43,701 nucleotides of DNA from a virus (taxonomy: Duplodnaviria; Heunggongvirae; Uroviricota; Caudoviricetes): positions 1 to 43,701 of the IMG/VR virus record IMGVR_UViG_2571042636_000008. One strand, written 5' to 3'. The notes beneath the pieces were generated by a model. That model ran no database searches and had not been told where the DNA came from. It saw only the letters and a program-made list of their open reading frames with translations. The stretch's first letter is position 1. Each line of letters opens with the position of its first letter. Below, piece after piece: positions 38,115-43,701 of this stretch. The translations under genes were made by a program, and so were the position numbers.

Positions 38115-38884
38115 GCAGATACACTGACCGCATAACAAACTACCACGCCGGTAAACCAAAGTTCTTTGCCCACGTCGACCTGTCCACCAGGCCACTGAGT
38201 GATGTTTCCGATGCCATGTCACGGCTAATACCCGATTTTGATATTGATACCGCCATTGGCGTGCAGCTTGACGTTGTGGGCGAATGGGTTGGTCGTTCCC
38301 GTCGCGTGGCTACACCGGTAACCGGGATTTATTTTTCGTGGGACACCGAGCGGGTTGGCTGGGACCAGGGGATTTGGCAGGGCCCATATGACCCAAACGA
38401 TGGGTTTATCGATCTCAGTGATGAAATATATCGGCTAATGCTGAAGGTGAAAGTGGCGATAAACAACTGGGATGGTCAGAACGATTCGCTTCCTTCAATT
38501 CTTGATGCCGCCCTTGCCGGGTCCGGGATCCGCATGACTATTGTCGACAATCAGGATATGTCGATTTCCATCTGGATACTCGGTGACCCATCGGTATCCC
38601 TAAGTGAAATAGACCGGTTAATTCTGGATAGCGCCGTCAATAAAGGCCCCTTTATCGCATTACCGGCAGGTTACGTACCATCGCGCTATGACATTAACCC
38701 GATTGACCAGGTTAACAGCGAGCTATGGTGGGCGATTCAAAACGGTTATATGACGGTTAAGGCCGCCGGAGTTCGTGTCCGTGAAATAGAGACCGTCAGT
38801 AATGGTTATCAGTTTTTTGGCTTCGATATCGAAAATGACTATATCGCTGGTTTCGACCGCGGGTCATGGGGAGAGAGATTTTAA
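38111..38884 (+). CDS. Baseplate/tail-fibre-associated protein (DUF2612-like)
   Basis: 257-aa ORF, ATGA overlap, precedes fibre gene. Confidence 0.5.
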   Translation: MSRYTDRITNYHAGKPKFFAHVDLSTRPLSDVSDAMSRLIPDFDIDTAIGVQLDVVGEWVGRSRRVATPVTGIYFSWDTERVGWDQGIWQGPYDPNDGFIDLSDEIYRLMLKVKVAINNWDGQNDSLPSILDAALAGSGIRMTIVDNQDMSISIWILGDPSVSLSEIDRLILDSAVNKGPFIALPAGYVPSRYDINPIDQVNSELWWAIQNGYMTVKAAGVRVREIETVSNGYQFFGFDIENDYIAGFDRGSWGERF

Positions 38885-39765
38885 TGGCGACTAACGATTT
38901 TAAGCCCTTCGCTACAGGTAGCGGGGCAAACGTATTATCACAAGCTGATTATGATGCACTGTCGGCCAGAACAACTGGCTTTTTAAGTGGCAAAGCCTCT
39001 TCGGCACAGGTCAACAAAGCTTTAAGGCAGGCATCAACTATTGCGGCGGTTGTGGCGCAGTTTATTTCTGATAACAGCGGCGATGACACCCTTGATAATG
39101 GTAATTTGCCTACCTTGCTGGCCAGTCTCGAAAGCGCCCTTCTCAAGTCCTCCCCTGGGCGGTTACAGAATATCGTTAGCTTTACCGCAAATGGGACCTA
39201 CACCCCATCTCCAGGAACCAAACATGTAAAAGTTATTGTTACTGGCGGTGGTGGTGGCGGGGGTGGTTGTCAGGGAACTTCCGGAGCTGAATCAATTTCA
39301 GGTGGTGGTGGCGGTGCTGGCGGTACGGCCATTGGTTATTTTGCCGTTACTGAATCCAGCTACGCAGTCACTGTAGGTGCTGGTGGTTCTGCTGGCGTTG
39401 GTGCTGTGCAGGGTGGAACAGGCGGAACCTCAATCATTAACGGCATTAGCGGATTGGGCGGAGATGGTGGTCAGAAATCAGGGATCACTACGCTGGCTGG
39501 TGGGAAAGGCGGTGTTTCTATTGGTGGCTCGGTTAACCTTCCCGGAGGTTACGGTACTGATGGGCAAAATGGCTCTCTGATTATCCCCGGCAATGGCGGA
39601 TCATCATATTGGGGCGGCGGTGGTCGTGGGGGCGCACGCGGGGGCGTGGCAGGGGATTGTTATGGTGCCGGTGGTGGTGGTGCATATGATGCTGCCATGT
39701 CTGGTAACTCCTACAATGGCGGACAGGGGAAAGCAGGGATTGTATATATTGAGGAATATTCTTAA
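38884..39765 (+). CDS. Glycine-rich tail fibre protein
   Basis: Conserved fibre-like N-terminus MATNDFKPFATGSGANVLSQADYDAL...; C-terminal Gly-rich repeats (GGGGGGG, GGxGG). Confidence 0.65.
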   Translation: MATNDFKPFATGSGANVLSQADYDALSARTTGFLSGKASSAQVNKALRQASTIAAVVAQFISDNSGDDTLDNGNLPTLLASLESALLKSSPGRLQNIVSFTANGTYTPSPGTKHVKVIVTGGGGGGGGCQGTSGAESISGGGGGAGGTAIGYFAVTESSYAVTVGAGGSAGVGAVQGGTGGTSIINGISGLGGDGGQKSGITTLAGGKGGVSIGGSVNLPGGYGTDGQNGSLIIPGNGGSSYWGGGGRGGARGGVAGDCYGAGGGGAYDAAMSGNSYNGGQGKAGIVYIEEYS

Positions 39766-39934
39766 TGGTAAGCAAATATGCAGTCCTGAAAGATGGCGTG
39801 GTAGAAAACATTATTGTTGCTGATGATAATTACTCTCCTGATGATTTCGAAGTCGTAAAATATAGTGACGAAACATTTTGCCAGCCAGGCATGTTGTACA
39901 ATAAAGAGGATGGTTTATTTTATGATGATAAATA
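39764..39934 (+). CDS. Small acidic ORF (56 aa) coupled to the fibre gene, possible fibre assembly factor
   Basis: ATG overlaps previous stop (TAATG); MVSKYAVLKDGVVENIIVADDNYSPDDFEVVKYSDETFCQPGMLYNKEDGLFYDDK; AT-rich; terminator follows. Confidence 0.35.
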
Positions 39935-39983
39935 ATCATCAAGAATAAATAACATTATCTACATATCTATACATTACCAATCA

Positions 39984-40006
39984 ACCGGCTTATGCCGGTT
40001 TTTTAT
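39984..40006 (+). terminator. Rho-independent terminator
   Basis: ACCGGC-ttat-GCCGGT followed by TTTTTTAT. Confidence 0.6.
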
Positions 40007-40016
40007 TGGGGCGACC

Positions 40017-43000
40017 ATGAGTGAATACGATACCGGCAATCCTGTGCCGTCTGCATCAATGCCTGATGCATGGGATAATATGCAGTCTATTGACAAGTTC
40101 GTTAATAGCAGCGATGAAACCATTACCACACGCACGGGCGAACAGTTAGATACTTTGCATGGCGTTAATGTTAAGGCGGACAACCAGCTAACGCAGCAGC
40201 AAGCAGACTTTGAAACCTCGCAAGAAGAAAGGGATGCTGTAGTTGAGGAAACCAGGCAGAACCTGATCCCTCTCAGCCGGCAGTATATGACACTGGCCGC
40301 GGCACAGGCAGATATTGCTAATATCCCCGAGGGGAGCACTACGTATTACCGAAGCCCTGACGATAGCGCTCTTGCGATAGAGGCAATCAACAACGCCGGT
40401 ACGCTGACCGCAACCGGGAGAAAAATGCCAGCGTACTCTTCTTTGCGCAGAGGCAACATTTTATTCGACGCATTTAATGAATATTCCTCAAGCCTTTTAA
40501 CATTCGCTAACTGGGATTGGTATAAAGGCGCTACGCCAACATTTTCTACTACTGATGTTAATTTGCCGCTTCCAACACCTGTTATTCAAGCTTCTGGTGT
40601 AACATCGTTTGATAAATATTACGATGTGTCAAAATTACAGGTAAAACCAGGAGACACTTTAGCTTTCTCTGTTTTGGTATGGTTCGAGAACGCTGGAGGC
40701 AAGTTACAGATTTATTGGCTTGATTCAGCAGGAGTAACCATCACTACAGGGGAGGCCTCTCCACTGGTTGCTGGTATATCCTCTCCGGTTGTGGTCATTG
40801 CTGTGCCATCTGGCGCATCATCCATACGAATTCGGGTGCAAAACACTGTGTCAGGGGCGTTCAAAATCGGTGTCTATGCCGCAGCTATTGGTGATGTTAC
40901 TCCTGAATTCACAAGGTCTTTCCCTTCAAAAGCGTACCAGGAGGCATTGGGTACCCCTGATAACCTCGTGTACGACCCTTTTGGCGAGATGCTTTCCGTT
41001 CGTCCTAAGCAAGGACTTCCTGCAGGCGTGGTTGACGCCATGAGTTACGCAGGAACATTGATTCAGAACAGCGCAAATTCACCATGGGGTAAGACCGGGA
41101 TCCAAAACACGTCAGGAGTTGGTGCTGATCGTATTATTTCTCTCAGTTCGATGGGGGTTAAGCCGGGAGACACAATCACTGTCCGTCTGGCTGCATGGTT
41201 CGCGTCAACGGGTGGCACGTTTCAGGTTTTCTGTCGTAATGCATCCGGAGTACTTTCTTCGGCAACTATTGCCGCATCAGCATCCGGCTTTAATGATGGA
41301 AGTACCACGCTGACAATACCAGCATCAACGACATACCTTACGCTTCGCGCATCAGGGGCTATGGTCAAGGAGCTGGTTGCCATAGGTGTAGCTTTCGGAC
41401 GATCTCGCCCTGAGTTTATTTACGGTAGCCTTCCAGCAGAGTATTCAGGATACCAGCGCCAGCAGATTAACCTGTGGCCTGATCCCTGGTATCGCCGCTA
41501 CGAGTGCGGGGAAACGTGTATTGATGGTTGGGGTCCTGCTCAAGTAGCAGGGGTTTCACTACCAGCATATGTTGCGGATTATTCTGGCAGCCCGTTTCTT
41601 AGGAAAAAATCTCTGATTATCCCAGTAGGTGGTGGTCAGACGGATATTAACATTTCAGCAAAGCGGCTTGGACTGCGTGCTGGAGATTCGCTGACAGTAG
41701 CGCTGGGTGTGGTATCGTCTCAGGCAATCAACGTGGCAGCATATTTCCGGACGGCTAGCGGGACTGTTATTAGTGACAGTTCGTCTCAGTTGTTCCAGTT
41801 CCCAACCCAGCAATATCAGACTCTGGTTCGCACAATAGCTATCACCCAGACTATTGTTGATACGGCTGGATATCTGCAAATCCGCCTTATGAATGGGCAG
41901 ACTGTTGGCGCTGCAGGTGTTTATGTTGTTGCCAGGGGGCTCTTTGTTGGGAATGGCTCTCCTGTACTGAGTGATGATACGTACCGACAGGATGTCGATT
42001 ACACAACTTCCAGAGCATTCACGTTAAATCAGGATTCACTCAGAGAGACACATAAGCGCCTGATGAACAGGCGGCTTTCTCAGTCAGCAACACTGGTAAC
42101 AGCGCACATTGGCGATAGCTGGACTCACCTGTGGAACCGATGGAGCGGAATTTTTGCCGGAAAAATGCAGGCTGACTATGGCAGTGCAGGTATCGGCTAT
42201 ATCGGATTTGGCTATCCGTCTGAGGCGGGTTTCGGGCAGTATAACGGCAATATACTTGGTCAGATAACTTTGACCAAAACAGGAACATGGACTCCGACAT
42301 ATGCGGCAGCACAGAGCGCAGATATTTGTAGCGTCTCGTCTTCTGATACCACCGCTACTTTCAGGGCGAACGGTATACCGGCAAATGCATCGTCAGTCCG
42401 CCTTTTTGCTAAACCTCAGGGGAGTGTTAAATACAGCACAGATGGTGGAGTTAACTGGACAACTATCGACCTGAGCACGTTCACTGACCTTGCGGTTGTC
42501 AGCCTCACGGTACCGGCAACAGCTTTCAATATCTGGTTCAGTCCGGTATCAGGAACCGTTGAACTGTACGGTCTGGATGTGCAGACCGCGACAGATGGTG
42601 TCCGGTCTCACAAGCTGGGTGCGACGGGGAGTTCTGCTCAACAATGGGCGGCGCAGGTTACCAGCGCAACATGGAAAGCAGCATTCACCGCGCTGGCCCC
42701 CAATCTGGTGACAATTCTGCATGGGACCAATGACCAGACATCATCCCGTGATCCATCCGCGTTTGCTGCCGATATTCAGACGATAATCACAGCAGTTCGC
42801 ACTGCATGCCCGTTGGCTGATGTTCTGGTGATCATGCCATGTGAAAACCAGAGGAATAACAATGTGGCAATGGCGGCGTATGCGTCTGTTGTACGGGATG
42901 TTTGTGCGCTAAACAGGGTGGCTTATCACAATCTCCAGATTGACTACGGAGACAAGCCATCTGATTACGCATCGACATCTCCACGCAACTGGTTCAATGC

Positions 43001-43073
43001 TGATGGAATCCATCCTGACCCTGCAACTGGAGGTGGGCTGCCGATCGTTTCTGCTGTTTTGAAGTTAATGTAA
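40017..43073 (+). CDS. Tail fibre/tailspike with three internal repeat modules and C-terminal SGNH/GDSL-type hydrolase (esterase) domain
   Basis: 1018 aa; three divergent ~115-aa repeats each containing (V/L)KPGD(T/S)...WF...; SGNH block I HIGDSWTH and block V DGIHPD near C-terminus. Confidence 0.75.
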   Translation: MSEYDTGNPVPSASMPDAWDNMQSIDKFVNSSDETITTRTGEQLDTLHGVNVKADNQLTQQQADFETSQEERDAVVEETRQNLIPLSRQYMTLAAAQADIANIPEGSTTYYRSPDDSALAIEAINNAGTLTATGRKMPAYSSLRRGNILFDAFNEYSSSLLTFANWDWYKGATPTFSTTDVNLPLPTPVIQASGVTSFDKYYDVSKLQVKPGDTLAFSVLVWFENAGGKLQIYWLDSAGVTITTGEASPLVAGISSPVVVIAVPSGASSIRIRVQNTVSGAFKIGVYAAAIGDVTPEFTRSFPSKAYQEALGTPDNLVYDPFGEMLSVRPKQGLPAGVVDAMSYAGTLIQNSANSPWGKTGIQNTSGVGADRIISLSSMGVKPGDTITVRLAAWFASTGGTFQVFCRNASGVLSSATIAASASGFNDGSTTLTIPASTTYLTLRASGAMVKELVAIGVAFGRSRPEFIYGSLPAEYSGYQRQQINLWPDPWYRRYECGETCIDGWGPAQVAGVSLPAYVADYSGSPFLRKKSLIIPVGGGQTDINISAKRLGLRAGDSLTVALGVVSSQAINVAAYFRTASGTVISDSSSQLFQFPTQQYQTLVRTIAITQTIVDTAGYLQIRLMNGQTVGAAGVYVVARGLFVGNGSPVLSDDTYRQDVDYTTSRAFTLNQDSLRETHKRLMNRRLSQSATLVTAHIGDSWTHLWNRWSGIFAGKMQADYGSAGIGYIGFGYPSEAGFGQYNGNILGQITLTKTGTWTPTYAAAQSADICSVSSSDTTATFRANGIPANASSVRLFAKPQGSVKYSTDGGVNWTTIDLSTFTDLAVVSLTVPATAFNIWFSPVSGTVELYGLDVQTATDGVRSHKLGATGSSAQQWAAQVTSATWKAAFTALAPNLVTILHGTNDQTSSRDPSAFAADIQTIITAVRTACPLADVLVIMPCENQRNNNVAMAAYASVVRDVCALNRVAYHNLQIDYGDKPSDYASTSPRNWFNADGIHPDPATGGGLPIVSAVLKLM

Positions 43074-43105
43074 AACTCCTACATTGATCTTCCCTCACAA
43101 CAATA

Positions 43106-43125
43106 ATACTGTATGTTTGTACAGT
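43106..43125. promoter_or_regulatory. LexA (SOS) box
   Basis: TACTGTATGTTTGTACAGTA matches CTGT-N8-ACAG consensus in 17 of 20 positions and lies within a 12-bp perfect inverted repeat, 20 bp upstream of the next ATG. Confidence 0.75.
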
Positions 43126-43144
43126 ATTATTGGGAGGGCAGATC

Positions 43145-43384
43145 ATGCTTCGACAGTCAGACATCGCAGCGGCGTTCCGCGAGTCGGTATTGCGCAGTTC
43201 CAAGGGGTTCCAGTACCTTCACACCCGCGACTTCGTTACCGCGCTGCGCCGGCGCGGCATCCATTTTTCCGAGGTGGAGGCGAACTCCTGGATCGCACGC
43301 GAGCAAACGTATTTCGTCGACAAAACGGCAGAGCATAGTGAAAACTGCCTGTGGATGATGGCCAACATGGGGAGGATTCTGTAA
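43145..43384 (+). CDS. Small SOS-regulated protein of unknown function
   Basis: 79 aa; GGGAGGG RBS; directly downstream of the LexA box; coupled (TAATG) to the UmuD'-like gene. Confidence 0.55.
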   Translation: MLRQSDIAAAFRESVLRSSKGFQYLHTRDFVTALRRRGIHFSEVEANSWIAREQTYFVDKTAEHSENCLWMMANMGRIL

Positions 43385-43701
43385 TGGGCTTTCCATCACC
43401 GGCGACGGACTACACGGAACAGCGATTAACGGTTAACTCGATCTGCAGTGTTGGGCCAAATACGCGCCTCTTCGAGCGTTCAGGCGGTTACGTTGTGCTG
43501 GATATCTCCCTGAAGCCATCACAAGGTAGTCAGGTTCTGATCCAGCACGGCGGCGGGACGGAGCTTGCCACGCTGAGAGGAAAGTCGCTGATTACCGAAG
43601 ATGGCGAAGCGATCGAGGGCGAGGCCTTGGACGATGTTAATGTCATCGGCGTCGTGACGTTTACTATCTGCGATGTGCGCCAGGACAATGCGGTTGTTTA
43701 G
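43384..43701 (+). CDS. UmuD'-like (S24-fold) protein lacking N-terminal arm and canonical catalytic Ser
   Basis: Begins MGFPSPATDYTEQRLTVN, matching the UmuD' N-terminus created by UmuD self-cleavage; C-terminal VIGVV like UmuD FGVV; SGDSM position reads SGGYV; stop codon is the last 3 nt of the window. Confidence 0.6.
   Translation: MGFPSPATDYTEQRLTVNSICSVGPNTRLFERSGGYVVLDISLKPSQGSQVLIQHGGGTELATLRGKSLITEDGEAIEGEALDDVNVIGVVTFTICDVRQDNAVV

Noticed and set aside
39581-39811. His-rich minus-strand ORF (MHHHHRHH...)
   Set aside because: Antisense artefact of the GGTGGTGG glycine-codon repeats in the fibre gene

Overview
The whole 43.7-kb window reads as one nearly complete temperate prophage with lambdoid regulatory architecture and a mosaic structural module, probably from an enterobacterial host (inference from the LexA-box consensus and RBS style). 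Order, left to right: integrase/excisionase (minus strand), an early-left accessory block (TraR-like zinc finger, ASCH-like protein, Dam-type N6-adenine methyltransferase), YqaJ exonuclease + RecT recombinase, several small unknowns and a long coiled-coil protein, an AT-rich OL region, a membrane protein in the rexB/sieB position with its own terminator, cI-type S24 repressor, OR/PR, cro, cII, replication O with in-gene iterons, DnaC-like loader, a long nin-like region (Ead/Ea22-like pair, GNAT-like + Cys-rich pair, YbcO-like, RusA), antiterminator Q, a terminator-rich gap with two tRNAs (Asn-GTT, Arg-TCT), a lysis cassette (pinholin-like, SAR endolysin, Rz/Rz1), TerS/TerL, portal, MuF-like head protein, an AT-rich moron, scaffold, major capsid, connector genes, contractile-tail genes (sheath, tube, chaperone with a -1 frameshift site, tape measure), baseplate genes interrupted by a second AT-rich two-gene moron, a Gly-rich fibre, a 1018-aa tail fibre with three internal repeats and a C-terminal SGNH esterase domain, and finally a near-consensus LexA box driving a small unknown gene plus an N-terminally truncated UmuD'-like gene. 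The best candidates for an undescribed accessory system are (i) the LexA-controlled small-protein/UmuD'-like pair at the right end, (ii) the periplasmic + membrane protein moron inside the baseplate module, whose second protein carries a copy of the C-terminal Cys/His motif of the head MuF protein, and (iii) the membrane protein cotranscribed with cI. All family names are recalled from memory; no database search or computation was possible, and I could not single out one system with certainty.
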